64,000 nt of DNA, taken from the NCBI GenBank assembly GCA_016745075.1, contig JADGDD010000005.1, forward strand, positions 165,551 to 229,550. Reading direction: 5' to 3'. A program made the translations under genes and the position numbers. This document shows, one piece after another, positions 27,497 to 36,631 of the stretch (position 1 is the stretch's first letter; every line of letters begins with the position of its first letter). The notes under the pieces are model-generated. The model was not told where the DNA came from. It made no database searches and saw nothing but the letters and a program-made list of their open reading frames with translations. This stretch comes from Planctomycetota bacterium. Lineage in GTDB: Bacteria; Planctomycetota; UBA11346.

Positions 27497-28111
27497 CTAG
27501 TACGTAATGGGTTGTTTTTCGCCTTCGGGGGCTTTGCCCGTTGGTGCTTTACCATCTGTCTTGGTAGTAGCACGGTTAATGCTTACGAGAAAGGCAGCAG
27601 TAGCGTTGATGCGTTTCGGAGAAATTTTCCCTTTATGTGCAGGCATGGCCGCACCGCCAGCAGCAGGTACACGACCATTGGCGATGGTATCAACAATATC
27701 AGTCATGTTGCTGCCGTATTTCCAAAAATCATCAAGTAGGTTCGGACCAACAGAGCCAGAGGCATCAGCACCATGGCAAGCAATACAGCCTTTTCCGGTG
27801 TATTCTTCTTTACCCATGGCAATAATATCGTCTTGGGTACTGAGTGCGCGTAGCTCGTCTTCTGAAAGAATAGCAACTTCTGCTGGTTTATTGAGCGCTT
27901 GTTGTGCGTACAGGTCACGAGGGCCAACGGCACCATCGCCAAAGTGATAGTTATAAAAATACCAGCCAGACCATGCAATGGAAATGTAGAAAATGTAGAG
28001 CATCCACATGGGCAAGACATTATCATATTCTTGGATGCCGTCAAAAGAGTGGGCTCGTAAGATGGCTTTGTTTGGATCTGGAGTATTGGTGTTATCGGTG
28101 TTATCAGTCAT
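27497..28111 (-). CDS. ccoP: cbb3-type cytochrome c oxidase subunit P-like, monohaem
   Basis: 204 aa with a FixP_N-type N-terminus (..FDGIQEYDNVLPMWMLYIFYISIAWSGWYF..) and a single CxxCH (GCIACHG). Confidence 0.85.
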   Translation of the reverse strand: MTDNTDNTNTPDPNKAILRAHSFDGIQEYDNVLPMWMLYIFYISIAWSGWYFYNYHFGDGAVGPRDLYAQQALNKPAEVAILSEDELRALSTQDDIIAMGKEEYTGKGCIACHGADASGSVGPNLLDDFWKYGSNMTDIVDTIANGRVPAAGGAAMPAHKGKISPKRINATAAFLVSINRATTKTDGKAPTGKAPEGEKQPITY

Positions 28112-28113
28112 GA

Positions 28114-28314
28114 TTACTTCTCCCTATTGGGCGTAGAGTCAGAAATGGAGGTGACAAGAGTATCATCGTTGAGTGGCATATTGCTCATGTGGTAAATATG
28201 TTTCTTGCGACGATCACCAAGAACATAGAGGACAACTGCAGCAAAGAGAACAACGAAGAACAAAAGCCCAACAATACGAATCCAGCTGGGCAGGTCGGTT
28301 AATAGCTCACTCAT
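28114..28314 (-). CDS. ccoQ: cbb3 oxidase small subunit (CcoQ/FixQ-like)
   Basis: 66 aa with one TM helix (IVGLLFFVVLFAAVVLYVL), positioned between ccoNO and ccoP. Its start overlaps the ccoNO stop. Confidence 0.7.
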   Translation of the reverse strand: MSELLTDLPSWIRIVGLLFFVVLFAAVVLYVLGDRRKKHIYHMSNMPLNDDTLVTSISDSTPNREK

Positions 28315-30575
28315 TTGGTATCGCCATTTTCTTTGAGATGGCTACCAAGTTTATTGAGGTAGGCGAGTAGAGCGACGATTTCAGTACGTTTAGCATTTTC
28401 TGGTACAGATACGTCAACAATGTCTCCCATGGCACCTTCAAGTTCAGCAACCAAGAGCGTTGCTTGCTCGTCATATTCACGAGTAACGGTTTCTACGTCA
28501 CAATCATCATATGGTGTTGCCAAAACATCGCGCCAGATGGTGAGTTTGCGCGCAAGTGAATCCATATCACCCTCGTCCATGTAAGTATCATAGAGGTGTG
28601 CATAATTCGGCATAACAGAGCCTTCGGAAGTGAGCTGCGGATCATACATATGACGCCAGTGCCAGAGGTTACCGCCATGGGTACTGCTCTTGATAAGAGC
28701 TTCACGAGCAAGGTCAGGGCCAGTACGTTTGGAGCCCCAGAGGAATGGGTGGTCATAAACACCTTCTTCTGGGCGGGTATGTGGTCCATAACGTTCTGTT
28801 TCTGGACGCAAAGTACGAACCATTTGGGTATGACAATTTACGCAGCCTTCACGAATATAGACATCACGGCCAGCCATTTCTAACGGAGTCCATGGTTTAA
28901 TACCATTAGGAACAGCAACTTGGGTGCTTTGAATCATGGTTGGAACAATTTCGATAATACCGCCGAAGAGGAGAGCCAGTGTGGTCAGAAGAATCAGGAG
29001 GAATGGCCAGCGTTCCACAAGTGCATGTACTGCCCAGAATTTCTCGCGTGGTGTTTCAGCATCTTTCATCTCTTCGTTATAAGCAGTAGCATAGCAGGTG
29101 TCTTTAATCAATGGTGTTGCTTGAATACTATCTTCAACCAAGCCATTAGAGTTGCGCATAGTCTGGACGATATTGATAAGGGCAAGTATGGCACCGGTTA
29201 AATAGAGCAAGCCGCCAAACATACGAACCATGTAGAAGAATGGAATGTGGCCTTCGGTGTACATTGCCATCCAGTCTTGGTAGCGGAGGGTGCCTTCATC
29301 GGTGAATTCAAACCACATAGAACCCTGCATGATACCAGTAATCCACATGGTGATAGCGTAAAGAACAATACCAATCGTTGCCATCCAGAAGTGAGAGTTA
29401 GCCATTTTTTCTGACCAGAGTTTTGTTTTGTACATAGTTGGGATTAACCAATAAGTCATACCAAAACACATAAAGCCAACCCAGCCTAAAGCACCAGAGT
29501 GTACGTGACCAATGGTCCAGTCTGTGTTATGGCTGAGAGCATTGATGTTACGCAGACTCATCATTGGGCCCTCAAAGGTGCTCATGCCGTAGAAAGTAAC
29601 GCTTACAACAAGGAACTTGAGGACAGGGCTGGAACGAACTTTGTCCCAAGCACCGCGTAAAGTCAGCAAGCCATTCAGCATACCAGCCCAAGATGGCATC
29701 CATAACACAATCGAGAAGGTTACGCCAAGTGTTTGTGCCCACTCAGGAAGAGCGGTGTGCAACAAATGGTGTGGGCCAGCCCAGATGTAGATAAAAACCA
29801 AAGCCCAGAAATGCAAAATAGAAAGACGGTAGCTATAGACAGGACGGCCAGCAGCCTTAGGCAGATAGTAATACATCAGGCCAAGAATTGGTGTTGTCAG
29901 GAAGAAGGCTACGGCATTGTGGCCGTACCACCACTGAACTAAGGCATCGCGAACACCAGAGTAGAGTGAGTAAGATTTCCACATGCTGGCCGGAACTTCC
30001 ATGGAGTTGACAACGTGCAACATCGTAATGCCAACCCAAGTGGCGATAAAGAACCAGATGGCTACATAAAGATGACGTTCACGACGTTTGTAAATGGTTC
30101 CAAATAAAATAGCCCCAAAAGAAATCCAGCTAACAGCAATGGCAATATCAATGGGCCACTCAAGTTCTGCATATTCTTTACCAGTGGTAATACCTAGTGG
30201 CAAAGTGATCGCTGCTGCAACGATGATAAGGTTCCAGCTCCAAAACTGAAAATCGACTAACTTACCAAAGGCAAGACGAGCTTTGAGTAGTCGCTGGATG
30301 GAATAATACACCCCGCCAAAGATGGCGTTACCAGTAAAAGCAAAGATCACCGCATTGGTATGTAATGGACGTAAACGACCAAATCCAAGCCATTCTTGGT
30401 TGAGGAAGCCGAGCCCTAGATCCCAGCTAGATCCCATGCCTGCTAATTGCAGAGCAAGAATAACACCGACGAGTAGGCCAACAATGCCCCAGACCAGTGT
30501 CATAATAAGAAAGTTGCGGACAATACGGTCGTTAAACTGTATGGTGTCCGGAGGAAGAGTCGAAGGCTCGCTCAT
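28311..30575 (-). CDS. ccoN: cbb3-type cytochrome c oxidase, fused subunits I and II (CcoN-CcoO)
   Basis: 754 aa. The N-terminal about 470 aa form a haem-copper oxidase subunit I (..HTNAVIFAF.., ..WYGHNAVAFFLT.., ..GHVHSGALGW..). The C-terminal part is CcoO-like, with the haem c site CVNCHTQM and the tail ..EIVALLAYLNKLG. Confidence 0.93.
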   Translation of the reverse strand: MSEPSTLPPDTIQFNDRIVRNFLIMTLVWGIVGLLVGVILALQLAGMGSSWDLGLGFLNQEWLGFGRLRPLHTNAVIFAFTGNAIFGGVYYSIQRLLKARLAFGKLVDFQFWSWNLIIVAAAITLPLGITTGKEYAELEWPIDIAIAVSWISFGAILFGTIYKRRERHLYVAIWFFIATWVGITMLHVVNSMEVPASMWKSYSLYSGVRDALVQWWYGHNAVAFFLTTPILGLMYYYLPKAAGRPVYSYRLSILHFWALVFIYIWAGPHHLLHTALPEWAQTLGVTFSIVLWMPSWAGMLNGLLTLRGAWDKVRSSPVLKFLVVSVTFYGMSTFEGPMMSLRNINALSHNTDWTIGHVHSGALGWVGFMCFGMTYWLIPTMYKTKLWSEKMANSHFWMATIGIVLYAITMWITGIMQGSMWFEFTDEGTLRYQDWMAMYTEGHIPFFYMVRMFGGLLYLTGAILALINIVQTMRNSNGLVEDSIQATPLIKDTCYATAYNEEMKDAETPREKFWAVHALVERWPFLLILLTTLALLFGGIIEIVPTMIQSTQVAVPNGIKPWTPLEMAGRDVYIREGCVNCHTQMVRTLRPETERYGPHTRPEEGVYDHPFLWGSKRTGPDLAREALIKSSTHGGNLWHWRHMYDPQLTSEGSVMPNYAHLYDTYMDEGDMDSLARKLTIWRDVLATPYDDCDVETVTREYDEQATLLVAELEGAMGDIVDVSVPENAKRTEIVALLAYLNKLGSHLKENGDTK

Positions 30576-30604
30576 AGAAAAAATCCTTTACCAAAGAGTG
30601 GTGG

Positions 30605-30763
30605 TTATTTTGAAGGTGGTGGTATCGTGTCATCGTGCAGCATCCGAACCGCAGGGCTCTCTAAATCGTCCATTTGACCGGAACGAATGGACCAGATTAA
30701 CCCTACAATGCAAATCGCAAAGAGAATGAATCCCATAGCTGTAAGCACAAAATACATGAGCAT
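30605..30763 (-). CDS. ccoS: cbb3 oxidase maturation protein CcoS (52 aa, below the ORF-track cutoff)
   Basis: My translation: MLMYFVLTAMGFILFAICIVGLIWSIRSGQMDDLESPAVRMLHDDTIPPPSK. One TM helix followed by ..SGQ.DDLE.P..R.L.DD is the CcoS/FixS signature. It lies 29 nt upstream of ccoNO. Confidence 0.8.
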   Translation of the reverse strand: MLMYFVLTAMGFILFAICIVGLIWSIRSGQMDDLESPAVRMLHDDTIPPPSK

Positions 30764-30918
30764 GGATCTGGACCCTGGGGGTGGAGGTGCTTATGGAACG
30801 AAACAGCAAAGGATAAATGGGTCTAAATAGTTTCAAGTGTTGATAAAATTTAGAGTGCCGTCAGAATATCTATTATGCGAAAAACAGCAGTAATAACCGC
30901 CAACTCTTCGCATGCGAC

Positions 30919-31851
30919 ATGGAATGTCGCATGAGTAGCAAGCCCTGTGTCTTTCCATCTCGCCTTGAGTGGACTCCTAACCAAGATTTTCCACCCATTG
31001 TGGCAGCGAGTGAAGCTCCGTGCTGTTTACAGGGGGGCTCAGAAGGCTCAGTAGAACTTGCTTTCCCCGAGCCTACAGACCAATTACTGGATGAGCAAGG
31101 ACAGCTCCTGCCGGAAACGGATGTCTTACCGGCAGGATACGCACAGTTGTTGTCTGTGGGGCTCATCATGATTAGTCTCCATTGTGCTGGTATGTGTGGT
31201 CCAATTATGCTCAGTTTGCGTTTTGGCTGGCAACAAGAAGGCAAACGTCGTTTTTTGGCAGCGTTGACTCAATTAGCTGGGTATCAATTAGGACGAGCAG
31301 GTATCTACGGGCTCTTTGGTTTGTGCGCGGGTTTGCTTGGGCAAGTACTCCACTATTGGGTGCGAGAAGGCACCCTTGTGATGAGCATTGTCCTTGCCCT
31401 CGCTTTTATGGTTGCGGCTATTCACAAAATGGGTTGGTTACCAAAACGTTCAGCTCCACAACAAGACGGTTTTGCTGTTCGTTTAGGCCGCTTTGCAATG
31501 CGCAATAAACCCAGTCAGCCAATTCTTGCGGGCATGAGCATTGGTGCTCTGCTCGCTTTCATGCCCTGTATGATTACTTTTTGGGTACTTGGTCTTGCCG
31601 CTGAATCAGCATCATGGTTTCATGGTCCAGCGCTCATGATCTTATTAGTTGTACTCACAACCCCGGTGCTACTTTTCTTCGCCCTTGCTGGAGCTGCCGC
31701 AGGTCGTTGGCGACGGTTTTTTGGAAATCGAACCGCAGGTGTACTTTTGTTTCTTTCTGCGCTCTGGCTCGCTATGCGTGCGCTTGCAGAAGCCGAACTT
31801 GTTCCGCATTGGCATATCATGATAGCGGATTATATGGTCATGTTCTGGTAA
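30919..31851 (+). CDS. DsbD_2 / TauE-SafE-like membrane protein commonly found beside cbb3 clusters
   Basis: 310 aa and polytopic, with the motif ..SLHCAGMCGPIM.. at the first TM helix. The N-terminal about 70 aa are soluble and Cys-containing. The start is uncertain (ATG 30919 or 30931). Confidence 0.6.
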   Translation: MECRMSSKPCVFPSRLEWTPNQDFPPIVAASEAPCCLQGGSEGSVELAFPEPTDQLLDEQGQLLPETDVLPAGYAQLLSVGLIMISLHCAGMCGPIMLSLRFGWQQEGKRRFLAALTQLAGYQLGRAGIYGLFGLCAGLLGQVLHYWVREGTLVMSIVLALAFMVAAIHKMGWLPKRSAPQQDGFAVRLGRFAMRNKPSQPILAGMSIGALLAFMPCMITFWVLGLAAESASWFHGPALMILLVVLTTPVLLFFALAGAAAGRWRRFFGNRTAGVLLFLSALWLAMRALAEAELVPHWHIMIADYMVMFW

Positions 31852-31874
31852 TATATGTGAAGAGGGCAGTGCTG

Positions 31875-32663
31875 TTACCGAGTTTCGTCGCAAGCTCGTT
31901 TCCACTCTTCTTCAACAAGTGGTCGCAGCAGTTTCGTAAGAATTGCGTAACCTTCTCTGTTGAGGTGTAGTTGATCTTTTCGATAGAGTGTTGTAATCGG
32001 TTTGTCATGTTCATCAAAAACGAATTGATTCATATCAAAGTAGCGCATGTAGTCGTTTTTAATAGCGTCTGCTTGTGCTCGTTGATTGATTGCATCCATC
32101 TTTCCCCAGACCTTTTCTCGAGAAGGCACTTTTGTGACTGACAAATAAATAAAACGTGTATCTGGTAGCTGCTCTCGTATTGTTTGAACAAAGCTGAGAT
32201 AGTTGCTGTATATAAAATCAGCATCGTTTTTCTTATTCACCGCGTCGTTGGTTCCACAGAAATAAACAATTAGTTTTGGTTTGTGTTTGATCGCAAGATC
32301 ATCGATAAAATGGAGTACTTCCCAAGAACGGGCTCCGCCAAAACCTCGATTAATAACAGGCAGTGGTGTCATATCTTTGCTGACACTTCTCCAGAGTCGA
32401 ATGGTGCTCGATCCAATAAAAAGGATACCTTCTTTGGCGGGAAGGCCTTGCTTCGCTTCCTTTTCTAGGATCTTTGTTACATTTTTTTGATTGCTTGGGC
32501 CAATCGAGAGTGTCTTCCCATCTATAACTATTTTTTCCGTTTGGCTTGCACCTACTAGCGGGAGCATAAAGAAGAGGAGGCAACTCGGCAGCAGGACTTT
32601 TGAGAGGACAGAGAAACATTTGGAGTGTACGAGCATGATGTACCCTTTCTGTTTACTCTTCAA
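31875..32663 (-). CDS. Exported SGNH/GDSL-family hydrolase (esterase/deacetylase-like)
   Basis: 262 aa. Block I is ILFIGSSTIRLW, block II GFGGARS and block III YFCGTNDA, with a signal-like N-terminus. An alternative start is ATG 32636. Confidence 0.75.
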   Translation of the reverse strand: MKSKQKGYIMLVHSKCFSVLSKVLLPSCLLFFMLPLVGASQTEKIVIDGKTLSIGPSNQKNVTKILEKEAKQGLPAKEGILFIGSSTIRLWRSVSKDMTPLPVINRGFGGARSWEVLHFIDDLAIKHKPKLIVYFCGTNDAVNKKNDADFIYSNYLSFVQTIREQLPDTRFIYLSVTKVPSREKVWGKMDAINQRAQADAIKNDYMRYFDMNQFVFDEHDKPITTLYRKDQLHLNREGYAILTKLLRPLVEEEWKRACDETR

Positions 32664-32771
32664 TTGTCCAATGATCAGAAAGCGTCGTCTTTTTATGTTT
32701 TATGCAATCGTATCTCTGATGTAGAAAATCCTTTTTTGATTATTTTTAATGATAGCGCTTTTCAGCATTAA

Positions 32772-33965
32772 TTAGTGAAGCGCGTACACTTTCCCATCGT
32801 CGCTACCAATAAAGAGGGTGCCGTCTAACAAAGCTGGAGAAGATGTAATAGCGCCGCCTGTGGCATATTTCCACTGAATGTTACCATTTGAGCGATCAAT
32901 GGCATAGACATGTGTGTCTTCGCTGCCAATGTAGAGCAGGTTGCCGTTGTCTAATGCGGGTGATGATAAATTAGGTCCGCCTGTTTGGGTTTTCCAAGCG
33001 GGTGTTCCAGTGCTGCGGTCAAGCGCGTAGACGTAGGTATCACGATGGCCAAAGTACACGTTCTTATCATCAACCGAGAACGAGGACACTCCTGGATGTT
33101 GATAATCCCAGTTTTCTTTTTTGCTTTTTGTAAAAGTCCAAGCGATGTTGTATTTACGTTTATCGTTTCCAGCACCTTTAATGGCGGCATTTTCCAGAAG
33201 GTCAAAAGCAACCACGCCCCTAATATAGGAATAACAAATACCATCGCGGCAAGCTGGGGTGAAGACACCATTATCAACGGCTCCATCAATTTCATAGCGC
33301 CGGCGTTCTGTTTTTAAGTCAACCATAACCGTTGCTTGGCTGCCACGGAAAAACGTCGCCATTCCTCGGTGCAGGGCGACAGAACAGCCCTTTTTGCCGG
33401 GCCCGTGTGTGTCACGTAAACGCCAAACTTCTGTACCATCTTTGCTGTGAACGCCAACAAGACCTTTCCAAGGTTGGGAATACAACACAACGCCATCAAG
33501 CGTGGTGTCGTTGTGCTGGATTGGACCAGGAATAACCGCTACTGAATCATCCCAGAGACCACGTTTGATAGTCCAAAGAACTTCGCCAGATTCTTCGTTT
33601 AAAGCATGCATGCCAGCACCATTAGTGAAAAACACCGTGCCATTATAAACGGCCACCGATGAACGAATGGGCTTGTTCGTAGGATAAGACCACAGCAAAG
33701 AGCCATCTGTCGCGTTTAGGGCATAGAGGGTGCCATCATCGCTTCCGATAAAAACGCGTTGGTCAACAATAACAGGTGATGATTTAATAGCTGCACCAGT
33801 GGCAAAGGTCCATTGTTCCTGTGCTTGGTGAGCAATGCCTTGCGTATGGAATTCTCCTGTGCGGGCGTTGTTGCCACGCCAAACCTTACCCTGCAAGGGG
33901 CCAACCGCATCAGCAGCGTGAAGAAGAATGGTTCCGAATAATAGAAGAGAAAAACATTTAAACAT
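32772..33965 (-). CDS. Exported PQQ-like beta-propeller repeat protein
   Basis: Repeated ..G.(L/V)YALD/N..(T/S)G...W.. blades (DGTLYALNATDGSLLW, YVYALDRSTGTPAW, HVYAIDRSNGNIQW, DGKVYALH). The start is taken at MFKCFSLLLFGTILLHAADA. The ORF track extends the frame to 33989. Confidence 0.8.
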   Translation of the reverse strand: MFKCFSLLLFGTILLHAADAVGPLQGKVWRGNNARTGEFHTQGIAHQAQEQWTFATGAAIKSSPVIVDQRVFIGSDDGTLYALNATDGSLLWSYPTNKPIRSSVAVYNGTVFFTNGAGMHALNEESGEVLWTIKRGLWDDSVAVIPGPIQHNDTTLDGVVLYSQPWKGLVGVHSKDGTEVWRLRDTHGPGKKGCSVALHRGMATFFRGSQATVMVDLKTERRRYEIDGAVDNGVFTPACRDGICYSYIRGVVAFDLLENAAIKGAGNDKRKYNIAWTFTKSKKENWDYQHPGVSSFSVDDKNVYFGHRDTYVYALDRSTGTPAWKTQTGGPNLSSPALDNGNLLYIGSEDTHVYAIDRSNGNIQWKYATGGAITSSPALLDGTLFIGSDDGKVYALH

Positions 33966-33985
33966 GGGTGTACTCCTTGGCGGTA

Positions 33986-36307
33986 TCAATTTGCGTCGAG
34001 GGTGCTGGTGTCGAAGTCGAGAACCTTGGTGGGAATATACGGTGGTGGTTCTGGTGGATGAGTATCTGCATCACAGCGCAATACGCGGAAACCAATTTCT
34101 GGATAGGCTGTTGCGACAGGCATATGAATGGCTTTTTTGACAGATCCGCCACAGCGCATGGTTAATTGCATATCGGATTTATCGGAGCGAAATGATCCAC
34201 CCATTTGTACGGGGTGGCCATGACCACGAGGGTTGTCGACCGTGTAGTAAGAATTTCCTCCGCCAAGACACACTTCATAGACATTGCCTGCCATATCATG
34301 GAAACCCCACGGATTGGCTGTTTTCCCTCCAGTTGCATGGCTGGAATCATCGCTGTTCTCTTGTTGCCAAGCGTAGTCATTATGTTGTTCTTTCGGCCAT
34401 GGATAGTTGCTGCTGTTGTTACCTGCTCTATAGACATATTCCCACTCCCATTGGCTTGGTAATCGGTAGCCATCAGCTTCCCATTTAATATAGAAATGGA
34501 TGTGCCCTTTGTCTGGCAAGCTGTGGTGACTAGCTCTACCTGGGGTATTTTTCATACGGAAACGATGGGACTGTTTGTAGATATCAGTTTTTTCAGCATT
34601 GATATAATAGACTGGTGTTTTGTTGTTCATTTCGGAAAGAGCGTTGCACCACAACAACATATCGTTGTGTGATATTTCTGTCACCGGTTGGTCTTGGGTA
34701 AAGGAGGTGTTAGGTGCGCTCCAGTCCATGCTGCCAAGGTCGCCATCGCGGTCGAAGGTGTAGTTATTTGTGCTTGCCCAAGCGTAAACTTTTTTCCATT
34801 GGGCGAACGTTATTTCAGTTCGGCTCATGCTAAATGGGTTGATCGTGGTCTGGGCTCCGTCACGGCGTACATAGGTTCCAGCTTCAACTGGTACCATGTC
34901 CAATTGCGGATCACCAGCTATGCTACTGATATCGTTGGGAACAATATGGGTGCGGCAGGCTTCTAAATAATCAGGCAGATTTTTATTGCTATCGCCTTGA
35001 AAGACAATGTAGAGACCGTCATTTGTTTGTTGTTCTTCAACGGTGGCAGGACGGAAACCGTTCGCGCTCCAGTCAATAAAGATCTCTGGTTCAGCATTAT
35101 ATTGTGCCGGATCAAAACGATTCATCCCTAAACGAAAGACCTGTTTCAAGTCAGCATCACTATAGAAAAGAGGGCGTTTGCCTTCGTATTCAGAGAGAGC
35201 ATTGCACCATAAAAGCGCATCAATCCACGTAATATCGGTGACTGGTTCTGTTGCGCTGTGGGCTGCATCATCTAAATCCATATTCCCCATGTCTCCATCA
35301 CGAATAAATGAATAACCAGCGTGCAAAGCATATTGGTTTCGATTGCTCCACGTATATATCTTTCGCCAGTGTGCATAGCTGAGTGGTGTTGTGCTTATCT
35401 GCACGTCGTCTGCTTGTTTCTGCATGGTGAGTAGGCGTGTATCTTGAGGTGGAGCGTTGACAACCGCATCCATACTGAAGGCGTACCACTTAATCCACAA
35501 GGCGGCTGGGCCAAGGGTTGGTTTAGCAATGTACCAGCCACTGCTGCGAACATCAGTGAAGGTGTGGTCGCTAAAAGTGGCTTGTGCTGGATCAAAAGAA
35601 ATATGGTATGGCTCATGTGGTTGATAGGGAGCCCAGCGACTTTCTAAAGGAGAAATATTGTAAAGCGTATGAGTTTTGCCGCCAAAACTGTGTTCCGAGA
35701 TGTAAAATGTATCTCCGTCTTGCACCACAAAGCGGCCTTCTTCATAGTCTTTCCAGTAGCGTGATACATAAACGGCCAAGCGACTGTCCTCATCAAAACT
35801 TACTGGATGGGCATCACCACCGTTGATGAAGTCTTCTTTTTTCCAGAGCCACAGGCCATAAGTGCGCAAACCAACATCACCACCATCGGTTGCATAGGAG
35901 TGCAGGTTAAAATCATCGCGCAAATCATGGTCAATGTTAATGCCGCCTTCAGACCATTTGGGTTTACGATTAGCCCAAAAAGTGACCATACCACCGTAGA
36001 AACGAGCATTGTTGCCTTTATTGTTATAGAATGTCCCATGTTGATTTAGGGGTTCATCTAGACTGAAGGGATAATAAGCGACTGAATCATCAGTGGTTTC
36101 GCCATCACCATCAACATCAACAGGACAAGGGCCATGCCGTGATCCAGTGTACAGTTGTTGCGGACCAATACCTCGATAAACGGGTAGACCTTGCGCACCG
36201 CCGTGCCAGCAATAATCATCTCCGAAGTCCACCACCGGACAATTATCCGAACAGTGTAGACTGGCAATCAGGAACAGTATAAATGAAGTGGTTAGCCATT
36301 GGCGCAT
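33986..36307 (-). CDS. Exported protein with two FGE-sulfatase (SUMF1/C-type-lectin-like) fold domains; probably non-catalytic
   Basis: 773 aa with a signal peptide. The tandem motifs ..PVTDITWIDALLWCNALSE.. and ..PVTEISHNDMLLWCNALSE..GYRLPSQWEWEYVYRAG..GNVYEV..GGSFRS..GFRVLRC are typical of the FGE fold. The C-x-P-S-x-C-type catalytic cysteine pair is not visible. Confidence 0.75.
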   Translation of the reverse strand: MRQWLTTSFILFLIASLHCSDNCPVVDFGDDYCWHGGAQGLPVYRGIGPQQLYTGSRHGPCPVDVDGDGETTDDSVAYYPFSLDEPLNQHGTFYNNKGNNARFYGGMVTFWANRKPKWSEGGINIDHDLRDDFNLHSYATDGGDVGLRTYGLWLWKKEDFINGGDAHPVSFDEDSRLAVYVSRYWKDYEEGRFVVQDGDTFYISEHSFGGKTHTLYNISPLESRWAPYQPHEPYHISFDPAQATFSDHTFTDVRSSGWYIAKPTLGPAALWIKWYAFSMDAVVNAPPQDTRLLTMQKQADDVQISTTPLSYAHWRKIYTWSNRNQYALHAGYSFIRDGDMGNMDLDDAAHSATEPVTDITWIDALLWCNALSEYEGKRPLFYSDADLKQVFRLGMNRFDPAQYNAEPEIFIDWSANGFRPATVEEQQTNDGLYIVFQGDSNKNLPDYLEACRTHIVPNDISSIAGDPQLDMVPVEAGTYVRRDGAQTTINPFSMSRTEITFAQWKKVYAWASTNNYTFDRDGDLGSMDWSAPNTSFTQDQPVTEISHNDMLLWCNALSEMNNKTPVYYINAEKTDIYKQSHRFRMKNTPGRASHHSLPDKGHIHFYIKWEADGYRLPSQWEWEYVYRAGNNSSNYPWPKEQHNDYAWQQENSDDSSHATGGKTANPWGFHDMAGNVYEVCLGGGNSYYTVDNPRGHGHPVQMGGSFRSDKSDMQLTMRCGGSVKKAIHMPVATAYPEIGFRVLRCDADTHPPEPPPYIPTKVLDFDTSTLDAN

Positions 36308-36631
36308 GAAGTGCTCCTCTGTTATTCAGGGTGAGGCCATATGAGGGGGACATGGGTATATTGTCATGAAGAAGAAAGATGTTCCATAGTAATCAGGTAG
36401 AGGGCCAGCGCTTTTCCCAGACCACTGTGAAACCCTTTAACACTGAGTACTATAGGCCTCTTAAAGGATTGAAAAGTATCTACAAGGATGTGTTGTTTAT
36501 CGGTTCTCTCTTGGTACGGTGTTGGTCTTATATGCAAAGTGAGACCGGCTTTCAGGGCATGTAGGAATGGGCCGGCAATTGGTCTGTCACAGAGTCGCTC
36601 GTTGCGACAATCATCTACGGAGGTCTATTTT

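Noticed and set aside
30630-30836. 68-aa ORF from the track, upstream of ccoNO.
   Set aside because: A different frame on the same strand encodes a textbook 52-aa CcoS (30605..30763). The 68-aa product has no membrane helix or recognisable motif.
30840-30853. FNR/Anr box (TTGAT-N4-ATCAA) upstream of the cbb3 genes.
   Set aside because: Only the TTGAT half-site is present (TTGATAAAATTTAG). The second half-site does not match.
33986-36307. FGE-fold C-terminal domain as the variable-protein target of a diversity-generating retroelement.
   Set aside because: There is no reverse transcriptase gene in the window. I could not see a nearby template-repeat copy of the C-terminal coding segment or an adenine-specific mismatch pattern.
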